A stretch of 64,000 nucleotides of DNA from Candidatus Bathyarchaeota archaeon. Lineage in GTDB: Archaea; Thermoproteota; Bathyarchaeia; 40CM-2-53-6; RBG-13-38-9. The position numbers and the translations under genes were made by a program. The stretch is taken from contig CAWECG010000001.1 of the NCBI GenBank assembly GCA_963807605.1, positions 384,001-448,000 on the forward strand. The letters are read 5' to 3'. This document shows, one piece after another, positions 11,101 through 22,337 of the stretch; position 1 is the first letter of the stretch, and each line of letters opens with the position of its first letter. The notes beneath the pieces were generated by a model. That model did not search any database. It saw only the letters and a program-made list of their open reading frames with translations, and was not told the origin of the DNA.

Positions 11101-12319
11101 AACGTGGAGTGCGCCTTGAGTATCGATGAGGTCTTCTTTCGAAAGCGTGTCGAGTTTCATCGCTGGATCTGCTCGATCCTTCTCTCCTAGCAGTGAATGC
11201 GTCCGGGCCAGAGCTGAAGTTAAGTCGCTCAATCCGGTCGTCTGCCATCGATTGTATTGCCCGAAAGTCGACATTTTGCTCCGCGGATACTATCGTCACT
11301 GCGGTTCCCGTCTTGCCAGCTCGTCCGGTTCGACCAATCCTGTGGAAGTAAGTATACGGATTCTCAGGAACGTCATAGTTGATAATGTGTGTAACTCCGT
11401 CAATATCCAAGCCTCTTCCGGCCAGGTCAGTGGCAACCAGTATACGACTCTGACCGCTTCGAAATGCCTTCATTGCTCTATCGCGTTGATGTTGGGTAAG
11501 GTCACCGTTTAGTGCTATGGCGTCTTGATTTCTTCTCCCGAGTGATTGGTTCAGCCAGAATGTGCTGCGTTTGGTTCGACAGAAAACTATGGCACGTTGT
11601 ACTTCTTTGTCCTGCAGGATTCTTAAGAGCGCATCAAGTTTTCTTTCATGATCCACTTGGCAGTAGTATTGGCTAATCTGCTTGACATTGAGATCCTCCG
11701 GTTCGATCAGGACTTCGCGAGGGTTCTTCATATGCCTACGGGCAAGTTTCAGTACTTCCTTGGGCATCGTAGCGGAGAAGAACGCGATTTGACGTTTACT
11801 CCTAGTCTTAGTTAGAATATGCTCAACGTCATCAATGAAACCCATGTCCAGCAACCTGTCAGCCTCATCCAGAACAACACACTGGACTTTTTCAAGGTGA
11901 AGGGATCCACGTTCTATATGGTCGATGACTCGTCCCGGTGTTCCAACTATGATCTGCGGGCAATCTTCTAAGGCGCGTATTTGCACATTAATTGATTGGC
12001 CACCATAGATTGCAAGAGCGTGCTTGCGAGTGAATCTGCCATACGAGTTGATATCGCTGGCTACTTGCACTGCAAGCTCGCGTGTCGGAACGAGCACCAG
12101 CGCCTGAATGTTCAGGTTCTTTTCGTCAACGATCTCCAAGAGCGGTAGGCCGAAGGCAGCGGTCTTTCCAGTTCCGGTATGTGCTTGACCAATGACATCG
12201 CTTCCGTGCCGCAGAAGCGGAATAATTGCTTCTTGGATCGGAAACTGTCTCTCGAATCCAAGTGCCTTGATAGCGTCCAATATTTCTGAGCTTAAGCCCA
12301 GTTTCTCGAAATTACTCAT
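11078..12319 (-). CDS. DEAD-box RNA helicase (DeaD/CshA-like)
   Basis: Q motif, GTGKT, PTRELA, DEAD, SAT, HRIGRTGR. Confidence 0.96.
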
Positions 12320-12950
12320 TGATTATCTCTCCTTATCCTCCATTAACGTCGCAGGTCTGAAATGAAGGCCGAAAACTGATTCCATCTCGGTCTTTGACCC
12401 ATTGTGGAAACGAGACTTCGGTTGTTTCCTCGGACTTCCGCGACTTCGGTCAGTTGCAACAAGAAGAAGAATATGCGGGCAATCGTTGTAAATGACTCGC
12501 GTCTCTCGTTCTCGACAACTAACTTCGTGTATTCTCGCCGTCGTTCTATATAAGGATAGAAAGACAAGTTTCGTGAGTAATCTTAGTTAGAAGATGAAAT
12601 CGTCTATCTTCTCAGCAACAGGAAATAGTACATCAGTTAACAGAATAATGTTCCACGGCACACTGTTTCCCGAATAGCTACCTGTTATTAAAGGAAAAAA
12701 GCCACGTTGGACTTGATGATGCGGACTGGCTGGTGTGACTCATGGAACCTGTCTGACCGGGCCTCCCCTTCTTATGTGTCAGTGATAAGAGTGTTTAGAG
12801 TATGAAACACATATTGGATCTTTTGATTTGATGGCACCTACAATTCGCAGCTTTTGCTCCTATTGTTCGGCACTGATGGATCCAACGAATCCTCGATAGC
12901 GGTTGCGGAACAGGGATCTTCATTGAACAGGTGGCAGGCAAAGTCGAGTT

Positions 12951-13139
12951 CGTCGTCGTCGCCATAGCTGGTGAGCACACACACGAAATCAATACCAAGC
13001 GGTTCAATTCTAGATGCTCTCACCAACTAAGATGGGATATAGATAACTGGCTGTTTTGTGTGGTCACGTGGATGCTGTTTTTTTGACGTGAACATCCACA
13101 TAGACATTTCTAGGAAGAAATTGGGTTTAGCGCGCGCAA
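12951..13139. repeat. Modular REP-like element with a GGGATAT...GACATTTCTA module, ending in TAGCGCGCGC
   Basis: (cgt)3-tagctggtgagcacacacac...cggttcaat...gctctcacca; the tail matches 37140-37243. Confidence 0.85.
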
Positions 13140-13150
13140 AAACAGATGCT

Positions 13151-14251
13151 TCAGACAGTCCCCCAGGTGTGCTCGCAGTTGCAATAGCTTTTGCCGAAGT
13201 CATCGTTGCTTACCCTGCGAGTGCCGCTCTTGAATTCGAAATCCGTGACCCTTGCAGGGTACTCGTTGTACAATATTCCATGCCAAATCGGTCCTATGAG
13301 GGGTTGCGATATGTTCCAGCAGCACCTTGCATAGGTTGCCATCTCTATGCTGAGCTCGCCTTCATCGGAGAATGCGTTCACACTGAATATCGGCAGGTCA
13401 TTCTCGTAACGTTTAGTCATTCTAACATCCTCCATGAAATATTCCTTCCCCTCCTCAGGGTCGTAAAAGTTGAGAGTCTTTGAAACTATCTTTTCCCCCC
13501 AGTCCATCAGGCTTTTGTGTGATGTTGAGCGCCTGAGCATTGGTATTCCGATATGCGGCAGGAAGTACTGCAGGTAAGCACCATTATCCCACTGTACTGT
13601 ACCCCAGTACCAGCAGGGGGTTATCGAGGCTATCCGTACTTTCTGGAAATAAGACCTGCCCTTTACGGGAGTCTCGGTTTCGCCTACTCGGATTTTTCCA
13701 GATGACAAGAGCGCCCTGTATTTCAGCATAGAATACCCCATGTTTCCGATGAAGTTCTTTCCTGTTGGCATCAGTTCCGCCATCGTGTCTTTCCACCACT
13801 GCATCGATAGTTCGATTCCAACGTTCTCATTGTTTATGTCCAGCCAGAAATCCGCAGGGCTCCCACCGAAGGAATAGACGCCCTCATCGCTTTCCATTCT
13901 GATTCGTCCAGAGTGGTCATCCCACTCGGTTTCAGTCTTCCCGTGGTCGAGGACAAAAGGGTCATGCATCTTATCTCCGTCATAATACCAGGAGGCGACA
14001 ACTGATTCGAAAGCAGTGCGGTTTTCCTTGTTCTCCATTGGGATTCTTGGCTCCCAGTAAAAATCGTTCACACGAACCTTTCTGCAGTTCCTGGTGGCCC
14101 AAAGGACCATGAGCTGCCTGGGGTGTTCTTGGTTGTCTGGGTTTTCGAAAAAATAAATCCACCACCACCAGTGCCAAGTGCGGTTCCTAAGCATGTTTTC
14201 GGGATAAATCTTCCATATGTCATTGAAGACCTTATGCATGCGTAATCGCAA
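13151..14251 (-). CDS. Hypothetical protein, possibly AttH/CrtC/tocopherol-cyclase-like beta fold
   Basis: 366 aa; WWWW.YF, QLM.L, G.SYFQKV, WYWG pattern. Confidence 0.7.
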   Translation of the reverse strand: MRLRMHKVFNDIWKIYPENMLRNRTWHWWWWIYFFENPDNQEHPRQLMVLWATRNCRKVRVNDFYWEPRIPMENKENRTAFESVVASWYYDGDKMHDPFVLDHGKTETEWDDHSGRIRMESDEGVYSFGGSPADFWLDINNENVGIELSMQWWKDTMAELMPTGKNFIGNMGYSMLKYRALLSSGKIRVGETETPVKGRSYFQKVRIASITPCWYWGTVQWDNGAYLQYFLPHIGIPMLRRSTSHKSLMDWGEKIVSKTLNFYDPEEGKEYFMEDVRMTKRYENDLPIFSVNAFSDEGELSIEMATYARCCWNISQPLIGPIWHGILYNEYPARVTDFEFKSGTRRVSNDDFGKSYCNCEHTWGTV

Positions 14252-14628
14252 ATCATATAGCTTCCACTTGCACTAGACATTTTCCCCTTGCACAACGCTC
14301 GCGCTACACCACTTGATCACAACTTCATACTGCGCTAAACATAACACCCGTAGTCATGACTGTCATAGGACTATGAGCTGGTTACAATGCTACGCGCACG
14401 CGAAAAGAAGAGGATGCAACCATAAGCATCGACATTGATTTAGACGAGTTGATGAATTCAGTTAACGATGACCTATCGCTCAACCCGATGAGAACATTTG
14501 TTTTCTTACTGGAATCTGCTGGAAGCATAAAAGGCATCTAGAATATGCTAAGATTATTTACCGCATCATCAATCGAGCTTGGCCACACGTATCTGAAAAG
14601 GTGAAATAAATGACAGTGTGATAAACTG

Positions 14629-15681
14629 ATGATTCACCAATTCCACAAAAAGATATGGAAGGTCGGAGAAACCTATTCTCTGATTAGGAAACTTTCATGT
14701 ATAGACGGCTCAAACTTGGATGCGCCGGTCTTAGATAGAGTATTGTATAATGCTGAAACGCTGCCTCCTCTAGGAAAGGAATATTGGTGGCTTCACTTCA
14801 TCGGTCGCGATGGAGAGAGACCGATGCAGTTTATGTTACTGATATTCAGGAAACATGGAAGAAGGGTGCGGTTCAACGATAGGGAGATGGCGCTTAGGGA
14901 GTTAAAAGAAAACAAGTTTCAAGCAGTTACCGCTGGCTGGGTATATAATGGAGGCAAGCTTAGCGACTTAGGAGATACGAATGCCGTTACAGAGGTGGAT
15001 TCTGAAAGAAAGACGATAGTTTCAACTATTTCAGGGCGAAAAATGATGCTTAACGGCAGTTTTCCAAGTTATAGACTAAATGTGGATAACACCATTTACG
15101 TAGACATCGGTGAGTTAAATGGCATTGCGGACAAGGACGCCCACGGCGTCTTTATACCACCATTTGGCGTGGGTTGGGTGGATGTGTTTCTGGAAGCTCA
15201 AGGTTCTGTGCTGGGAAAACGATTCAGAGGGATAGCCCACTTACAGAAGGTCGTTGGGGTTACAACGTTCGGCTCCTTTCATTGGGGGAGAATAGTCTTT
15301 CAGAGGGGTTTTTCAATTTCGTTTTTCTGCCTAAAAGCTGGGAAGGATTCAAAGAGATATTTTCATAGATACATGAATTTTCAGGATTGTAAGAATAATA
15401 TGATTATCGAATTTGAGGATCCAAAACTGCAAATACAGAAGAAGGATGATGGAAAGCAATGGATTATTGAAGGATATGATGATGATAAAGAAGTTAGGAT
15501 AGTCTTGGCAAGTTATGCGAAGAAACGTTATATCATGAAGGGCGGAGGTTCACAAGTTTACATCGAGTATGCGGTTATAACTGAGGAATTTGATCTGGAA
15601 ACTGAAAATGAAGTTATCAGTTTAGACGATTTAGGGAAGGGCGTGGGGACATTTGAAGATGCATACGGTTCACCAATTTGA
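14629..15681 (+). CDS. Hypothetical protein, distant paralog of 13151..14251
   Basis: 350 aa; EYWW.HF, QFM.L, G.AHLQKV, FHWG pattern. Confidence 0.7.
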   Translation: MIHQFHKKIWKVGETYSLIRKLSCIDGSNLDAPVLDRVLYNAETLPPLGKEYWWLHFIGRDGERPMQFMLLIFRKHGRRVRFNDREMALRELKENKFQAVTAGWVYNGGKLSDLGDTNAVTEVDSERKTIVSTISGRKMMLNGSFPSYRLNVDNTIYVDIGELNGIADKDAHGVFIPPFGVGWVDVFLEAQGSVLGKRFRGIAHLQKVVGVTTFGSFHWGRIVFQRGFSISFFCLKAGKDSKRYFHRYMNFQDCKNNMIIEFEDPKLQIQKKDDGKQWIIEGYDDDKEVRIVLASYAKKRYIMKGGGSQVYIEYAVITEEFDLETENEVISLDDLGKGVGTFEDAYGSPI

Positions 15682-15779
15682 AAGAGTGTAAAATTTGTCT
15701 AAAGAACCACGCACGTAACTGGTCAAGAGAAATTCACGCGCTCAATCTAGGAGCAAGCCATACCCTTGTCTAGGAGCTT

Positions 15780-16001
15780 TCAAGCAACAGCATTCCCAAT
15801 TGAATATCGATGTTTCAACCATAGGCGTCTTTCGCGTGGAAGTATGTAGTACCGGGCCCTCTCTCCAGATCCTTCACGTTGAACCATGCATTCAAAGCCC
15901 CTTAACGTCAAACCTATCGTTTTATTCGACGCGCTCGAATACGTGTCACCGAACGCCTCGAGACACTTTCTTACATCATGTATCTTGAACGGTTGCTTTA
16001 C
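15780..16001 (-). pseudogene. Possible C-terminal gene fragment beginning at the TAGCGCGCGC motif
   Basis: Protein-like open frame (KQPFKIHDVRKCLE...RYYILP) with the motif at 16002-16013. Confidence 0.3.
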
Positions 16002-16106
16002 TAGCGCGCGCTTGTTGGTTTTCGTGCGGGGTCTGTCGTTGGAAGTCTTTCGGAACAAACTGGTTCGGTGGCCCTGTGAGTTCAATCAAATCCCCTGCGA
16101 GTCCCG

Positions 16107-16222
16107 GTGTGTGTGCTCACCAAGGGATACTCCCAACATGAGGTGGTGGATAATAGTGTCGTCGTCACTCACCAGCTAGGCACACACACAAATCATAATC
16201 TAATGGCTCGCTACCCTCGCCA
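16107..16222. repeat. Modular REP-like element
   Basis: gtgtgtgctcaccaagggatac...gtcgtcgtcactcaccagctaggcacacacac...ggctcgctaccctcgcc. Confidence 0.8.
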
Positions 16223-16350
16223 GCCATCTTACCCTTCTCCTAACATCACAAACAATTCTGACTGTCACATGTCAAATCAGACCGTAAGGATTTGCCGAGC
16301 ACATCTAGGGATTGAACTTCGATTTAGTTTAGGGCATAACTCATCGAAGC

Positions 16351-17408
16351 TTAACCAAGATCCTTTACGTATTGTGTGATTCTCCCGTCCAGAATTGCGA
16401 AGTGAGTCTCGTCAATCTTGCCTTTCTTGAGCATCTGAAGGACGTCATCCTTCATATGTCCAAGTTGACTCTTACACTCCTCACGATTCGAAGCATATTC
16501 ATTGTATGTAGAGTCAATCTTTGTCATATAGCTCGAAAGGAAACGCCGCTTTCGCGTCTTAAACAACCATCCTAAAACTACCGACCCTCCTGTCCCAGCT
16601 GCACCTAGGATCTGCTGTAGAGTGTTGAGCGGTATGAGGCCGCCGAGGACTCCTGGGGTTGTTTGACTACTCTCCGCTGCTTGGGTTGTTTGACTGCTCT
16701 CCGCTCCTGAGATGCTTGTTGTTTGGCGACGAGTTTCCAAGAAAAGTTGTTGTGAGATTGACCAACCGCTGAGAAGGTTACGTAGGCACGCCCGTCCTGC
16801 GTACTGATCTGGGGGGCGCTAGATGGCGAAGAAGTAACCGTAGCAGCGGAATATTCCACTGGAAGCCATAAATGATAGGTCTCCGGATGCGGCCCAGGAA
16901 ACAGCCTCTGCACATGAGTCCATTCCGCTTCGAGTTGATCGCCCACTATCCTTGGCATTTCTGAGTCAAGCCACTTTACGTAAAAAGCGAACCCATCCGA
17001 TTTGTTTCCGCCGAATGAAATCGAAAGAATGGTAGCCGTCTGATTCTTTACAATTCGGAAGTTCAGCGTTTGATTTGTGTCAGCAGCATAAGCTTGAACA
17101 TTATCTACTGCAGTGAAAGAAGGAAAGTTGAATTTCCAACCACTCCCGAAATTTGGTAGCTGTCGATCATATGGTGAATGATGAATTGTCACTCTAACTG
17201 TAATCCAAGTCTGTGTTCTTGAAAAGTCGAAAACCCAATCATACTCAGCCGGGCAGTTGCTTGATTGTGCATTAACGGAGGGAATCAGCATCAAACCCGC
17301 ACAAACAACGACAAGCAAAATGCACTTGTAACGAGAGACACCTCTGCTAAAAGCGCACAAGCCCAAAGACCTGAGAGGGTAAATCACACATTCCCAGTTT
17401 ATGAACAT
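16351..17408 (-). pseudogene. Secreted/membrane protein split by a frameshift near 16720
   Basis: Signal peptide and beta-rich domain (16605..17408) continue into an S/T linker, TM helix and helical tail (16351..16740); one A is missing from an A-run. Confidence 0.7.
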
Positions 17409-18195
17409 TCATGCTCGCCTCCCCTAACGGCTAGGGCGGGTACATGCTCACTGTGTAGCGCGCGTGGTTCTGTCAAGTCTGTGTTGGACTTTCTATTCTA
17501 CCCTAGATCGATTGCCTACGGATGCCGTGCCCTAGTTAGCTTCTGGTGACTTACTTTTTTTCACATTCTTGTACATGGCTATTGGTTCTTTGATTCTCTA
17601 TCTTGGGAGATCAATCGTACTTTCATGGTTTGATGCTGTTTCTTATTTGGGTGAATCTCTCATTGGGCTTTCGGATCGTTTGATTATCTCGCTGTTCCAG
17701 ATCTTGGTTCTTGACTCTCTTTGATCATCTGCAGGGATCCGGTGTACCTAATGTTCTTCTCGGTATCTTAGGCTCCAGAGGATGAGTCGAGTGGCGCATT
17801 CATTCAACGTGGTATTTTACGTGTATTTCCCTTAGCATAACAGATCGATCGTCTACAGTCTCCGTAGTCGTTTTAGTGTCAACCACCGCTCCCTCAAAAG
17901 ACCCTAGAATAGCTCGAGAGAACGCACTGACTGTTTCTTCATCCGCAATCATGAGAAAGCGCATAGAAATAATAGTTCCTTCATGTATTAGTTCGAGTAG
18001 GCCTCGGCACCCATATTCATAGCGTTGATATAGCTTCCTTTTGAAAGAGAAGTACGGTCCCTCTACCTACGCATAGATCAGCTTTTCAAGAACACCGGGA
18101 ACACCAGTCTGCGCGAAAAACTCTAGCACCATACCTATCCATCCTAAGAAAAAAAGGAAAAAGAAAAGGGAAAAAGAGGAAAGGAGATCTGTGGT

Positions 18196-18933
18196 TTAGA
18201 GTGTAGACCACTTTGCCATTGGATATCTCACTGGCGCCTTCGCGACCTTGTCTGGGTAGACGCAGACTGGTTTACCATCCTGCCACTGCAGCGCTGACAT
18301 CTGGTGGCCGGTCTGCCAGCCAGTGACCGGATCGAATGCTATATCCCCGAAGAAACCAGTGAAGTTTACATTGCCGACAGTCTGTCTCATCGCGTCGGAG
18401 TCTAGTGGGTTACTGCATTTCTCCATCGCGGCTTGCAGGATGAGGCCTTGCGTGAAACCTGTCCCTGCCGGGTATCCTGGATTTGTAACGTTGTAGTCAT
18501 TCTTTAATTGTGTCATGAACCAGTCTTCTGTTGGTCCATAGTTGGATGGGTAGTCCTCTCCCGGAACCCACTGGGTTATAGAGACTATGTCTTCGCCGTA
18601 CTTGGGGCCGAGTCCGTCGTAGAACTGCTTGTAAACTCCGTAGGTACCGGGGTAGAATAGTTTCAGGTCTAGCCCGAGCTCGCGAACATTCTTTGCAGCC
18701 AGCGATGACTTAGAACTGGCTTCGAATAGGAGTATCGATGGATTGGCTTGCTTGACCCTTGTGAGTACCGGGGTGAAATCTGTTGAATCAAAAGCTACCT
18801 TCTCATAGTAGACTATGTTCAGTTGAGGCTGCTGCTTTGCCCACTGATAGCCATATGTTCCAGCTATGATTCCAAATCCATCATCGGTGTGGACTATCGC
18901 TATGTTCTTTGCATCTGGATCTTGGGGTATAAT
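18196..18933 (-). pseudogene. Branched-chain amino acid ABC substrate-binding protein (LivJ/K-like), N-terminally truncated
   Basis: Open frame IIPQDPDAKNIAIVHTDDGFG...DFTPVLTRVKQANP... is in frame with 18196..18516; no start codon or signal peptide. Confidence 0.85.
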
Positions 18934-19206
18934 CTACGCGCGCGCTTCTCCCTTCAACGCCTTCTTCTTGATCTTTGTGATATCTCGTGCCAGTGTGTAT
19001 TCACCGAGGGCTTTGATCCATTTTTCAAAATCATCCCTATTCATATGGAATTTGATGGATCTGATATCCACCTCGGCAAGGATTTTATAGAAGCTTTGTA
19101 GATCGGCGGCCAACTTGTCTGCGTAGACACCTACATCGGTGTAGAAGTAGAAAGGATTTGGAGTCGCAGTAGCAGCCTGAAGAGTTTCGCTTCTGTACAA
19201 GCTCAT
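18934..19206 (-). CDS. DUF5752-like protein, probably C-terminally truncated
   Basis: FYFYTDVG...SIKFHMNRDDFEKWI; ends LKGE-ARA-stop inside the GCGCGCGC motif. Confidence 0.7.
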   Translation of the reverse strand: MSLYRSETLQAATATPNPFYFYTDVGVYADKLAADLQSFYKILAEVDIRSIKFHMNRDDFEKWIKALGEYTLARDITKIKKKALKGEARA

Positions 19207-19341
19207 TCACCACTAAGGTTCGGCAAGAACTCTCACTTAAGGATGAGTTAGTCACGAACGTTACTGACTGCCTGTGCTAGCTAAAAGCATGTGCGGAGAG
19301 TTATGATTGCTGGAGGCATTTTACTCGCTTGTTCTTGAAGA

Positions 19342-19842
19342 TTATTCTATGAAACGTCCATCATCCGTTGTCTTAGGAAGCTTGTCCAGTCTTCCCTCAA
19401 GCCATCCTATTCGGTCTGCCTTACGACAATCGAATTCTGGAACATAGGGTTTAATATCTAATAGGGGGGTCCCATCCACGATATCCACATCTTGAATGTG
19501 GAGCTCTGCCTTTTCAACTCCGACCAGACGTACTACAGAGATTCCGATTGGGTTTGGTCGAGCTGGTGCCCTTGTAGCAAAGACCCCGTGAAGCGGATCA
19601 TCAAGAAATGGTTTCACCTTTAAGGAAAATCTCTTGCATAGATGAAAATGATATAACAGAATAACATGTGAGAATCCCTCAAGATCCTTCAGCCCTTCAA
19701 CATACGGCGGAAACACCTCGACAGTCCCTTCAACGTTCTGAGCGGAAGCTGCCTGTATAGGCGTTCCATATGGTTCCTTAAACGGCGAGTGAATAATTCC
19801 TATCGGCCTGTAAATTATTTCGCTTTCGATCCGATTCCTCAA
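19342..19842 (-). CDS. tsaA: tRNA (N6-threonylcarbamoyladenosine37-N6)-methyltransferase TrmO/TsaA
   Basis: GVFATRAPARPNPIG and GTPLLDIKPY. Confidence 0.93.
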   Translation of the reverse strand: MRNRIESEIIYRPIGIIHSPFKEPYGTPIQAASAQNVEGTVEVFPPYVEGLKDLEGFSHVILLYHFHLCKRFSLKVKPFLDDPLHGVFATRAPARPNPIGISVVRLVGVEKAELHIQDVDIVDGTPLLDIKPYVPEFDCRKADRIGWLEGRLDKLPKTTDDGRFIE

Positions 19843-20153
19843 TAGCCACGATTCCCCAAGCCTTGTGATTGATGCAAACTTGATGAGCCTGATATATTCC
19901 TATCTACGGATGGCCGGCATCAGTTCTCTGTTCGTGAGATGTGACTGCGAGGAATAGGGAGGGTTCCATTTCGACTGATAATACCTCTCGCTTAGATCTG
20001 TAATCTCCAACAATTCTTTTTTGTGACTCCGTCGGCAAGTCTTGATGTTGAGCATTCGATTCAATACAGCTTAAATTCGACTTCAACCATTACACGTATG
20101 TTTGGGTTCCTAACCCTTCATGCTCGGAAAGAATTCTTTCATGGTGGCTGATT

Positions 20154-20465
20154 ATGGCTGAACCTTCATGGACATTTGCAATAGAGGCTAAGTTGCTTCA
20201 AGAGAAGAGTATGCGAATTGCATTTCCCAAAGGGATATCGATCGTTCTCTTCAAGAAGGCTGGAGAAATCTATGCCCTATCGAATAAGTGTGCCCACATG
20301 GCCTGTCCGCTTGCAGCAGGCACCCTGGAAGAGTATACGATCAAATGTTCGTGCCACGATTGGAAATTCAACATAAGAACCGGCGAGTTTCTCGACGCAA
20401 AAGAGATCAAGATACCAAGTTATGAATGGAAATTAGAAGACGGGAAGATATTCGTAAAAATCTGA
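20154..20465 (+). CDS. Rieske 2Fe-2S ferredoxin
   Basis: CAH...CSCH. Confidence 0.9.
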   Translation: MAEPSWTFAIEAKLLQEKSMRIAFPKGISIVLFKKAGEIYALSNKCAHMACPLAAGTLEEYTIKCSCHDWKFNIRTGEFLDAKEIKIPSYEWKLEDGKIFVKI

Positions 20466-20477
20466 GGAGGTGCCATT

Positions 20478-20723
20478 GTGAAAAAAGTTAGAATGTACAC
20501 GCTGAGCACGTGCCCTTGGTGCAGGAAGACAAAGCAATTCTTCAAGGGTAAGAACGTCCCCTTCGAGTATGTGGACTATGACCTCGCAAGTGAGGAAGAA
20601 CAGGGTCGAATAATGGAAGAGATGAACAAGTACGGCGGCAGTGCCTTTCCGTTCGTAATGATCGGTGACGACGTCGTCGTAGGGTACAACCCTGAGAAGT
20701 ACTCAAAACTGCTAGGAGTATAG
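20478..20723 (+). CDS. Glutaredoxin/NrdH-like redoxin
   Basis: CPWC motif. Confidence 0.9.
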   Translation: MKKVRMYTLSTCPWCRKTKQFFKGKNVPFEYVDYDLASEEEQGRIMEEMNKYGGSAFPFVMIGDDVVVGYNPEKYSKLLGV

Positions 20724-20734
20724 AAGGGATACGC

Positions 20735-21082
20735 ATGAATGTGCAGGCGAGGAAGAAGGCCCTCCGATACTTCTTTCAAAAGGTCGTGGATCCTCTTGGC
20801 TACAAGTTCAGTCCTGATGAGGATCTGGTCGATTTTCTCCTAGAGCAGGAGGTTTTGCTGGAACAGAAACACGGGATCCCCTACTGCCCATGCCAGGGCC
20901 TTACGAAGAGCCGGGAAGAGAATATGAAGATAGTCTGCCCCTGCATACCCTTCCACAGAGAACACTTTGACGCCATGAGACGTTGCTGGTGTGGACTCTA
21001 CGTGCACAAAGACGTGACCAACCCCGACGAGCTTCGACAGATACCACTATACGAACTAAAAGGTGGTAAGAATGTTAGTTGA
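20735..21082 (+). CDS. Ferredoxin-thioredoxin reductase catalytic subunit
   Basis: CPC...CPC...CWC. Confidence 0.88.
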   Translation: MNVQARKKALRYFFQKVVDPLGYKFSPDEDLVDFLLEQEVLLEQKHGIPYCPCQGLTKSREENMKIVCPCIPFHREHFDAMRRCWCGLYVHKDVTNPDELRQIPLYELKGGKNVS

Positions 21083-21467
21083 GGTAGCAAAGAAGAGTGA
21101 CATAGCTCCTGGTGGGATGAAAGCGGTTGAGGTTAATGGAAAAGAGATTGTTCTGTGCAACTGCGAATCCGATGGAAGAATATATGCTCTTGAACGAAGA
21201 TGTGGACATGAGAATGGCCCGCTTGAAATGGGAACTCTCGATGGGTACATCCTAACCTGCCCCATGCACAGCGTGCAGTTTGACATAGCCACAGGCGAAG
21301 CGCTGAGCAAACCAATCTATCACATCTCCAAAGACAAGCCTGAGAAAGAAGAGGAACCCGACACCTTCGCCCAGTATTTCAGTGAGCTCAGATCCCGTAT
21401 CAAGGTGCATGACTTGAAGACGTACCCTGTTAAGGTAGAAGGAGACTCGATAAAGGTCGAGGTCTAG
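21063..21467 (+). CDS. Rieske 2Fe-2S ferredoxin (likely start ATG 21072)
   Basis: CGH...CPMH. Confidence 0.88.
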   Translation: MVRMLVEVAKKSDIAPGGMKAVEVNGKEIVLCNCESDGRIYALERRCGHENGPLEMGTLDGYILTCPMHSVQFDIATGEALSKPIYHISKDKPEKEEEPDTFAQYFSELRSRIKVHDLKTYPVKVEGDSIKVEV

Positions 21468-21566
21468 GCGGAATACCCCACATATCCAGAATAGACGAAA
21501 ACGGAGTCCGGGGAGAGAGGCATTCCATTCTAAGGAGCCTTTTCCTACGGAAATATACGCTCTTGT

Positions 21567-21941
21567 CTATTTGGTTTTCTTCAGGTATTTTTTGACCTCA
21601 TCTAAGAGATCTTCGGGGGTAAACGGCTTAAGAAAGTAGCCGTCACATCCAGACTCCTCAGCGAGTCTCTGATCAACATCACGGCCGAGAACAGTGAACA
21701 TAACGAGCGGAATGGACCTCGTCTTGGCCTGCGACTTCAGAATCCTACAGACTTCTACTCCACTGATGCCAGGCAGGACCACATCGAGGAGAACTAGATC
21801 AGGTGTCTCCCTTTCCGCCTTTTGTAGGGCCTCTACTCCATTCTCGGCGGTAATGACATGATAACCTTTATTTTCAAGAATCATCTGGGTTAATTCGCGA
21901 ATTCCAGGTTCGTCGTCGACGACCAGAATTGTATCCACCAA
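21567..21941 (-). CDS. Response regulator receiver
   Basis: VVDDE, LLD, KPF. Confidence 0.92.
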   Translation of the reverse strand: MVDTILVVDDEPGIRELTQMILENKGYHVITAENGVEALQKAERETPDLVLLDVVLPGISGVEVCRILKSQAKTRSIPLVMFTVLGRDVDQRLAEESGCDGYFLKPFTPEDLLDEVKKYLKKTK

Positions 21942-22337
21942 ACCTAACGCGCCTCTCTCTCCATTATTGTAGAAATGACGAGAGTGAAGGTTAACCCCTC
22001 TTCAGCAGTCTTGCCAAGCTTGCGCGTGACCTTAGATCGAAGCCTTCCTTACAAATAGCTTCGTCCAACCTAATAGACCTGCTTGATCCCAGATGCTCTA
22101 CAGATCCGATTACACATATGGCGCGTAAGATTGGATTCCTTTACCTGGGCGTGTGCCATAATTAGACTAGTTGCCCTGCGTGCATGTGAGCGATTGCCCT
22201 CATCAGCAGAGAATCCGCCAAAACCGTGGCCAAGCAAGGAATAGCATAGATAATTTGAGATTCGGGCTAGTGCAAACGCTACGTCGAATTATAGTGCGGC
22301 CCTACTATCCATTTTCTTGCACATCGGCCGGGGCCGG

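Noticed and set aside
12966-12975. Chi site (GCTGGTGAG vs GCTGGTGG)
   Set aside because: Mismatch to Chi, archaeal host, and the word occurs only within the larger repeat.
18934-18936. Pyrrolysine readthrough of the in-frame TAG
   Set aside because: The flanking parts are unrelated truncated proteins; a junction explains it better and no pyl genes are visible.
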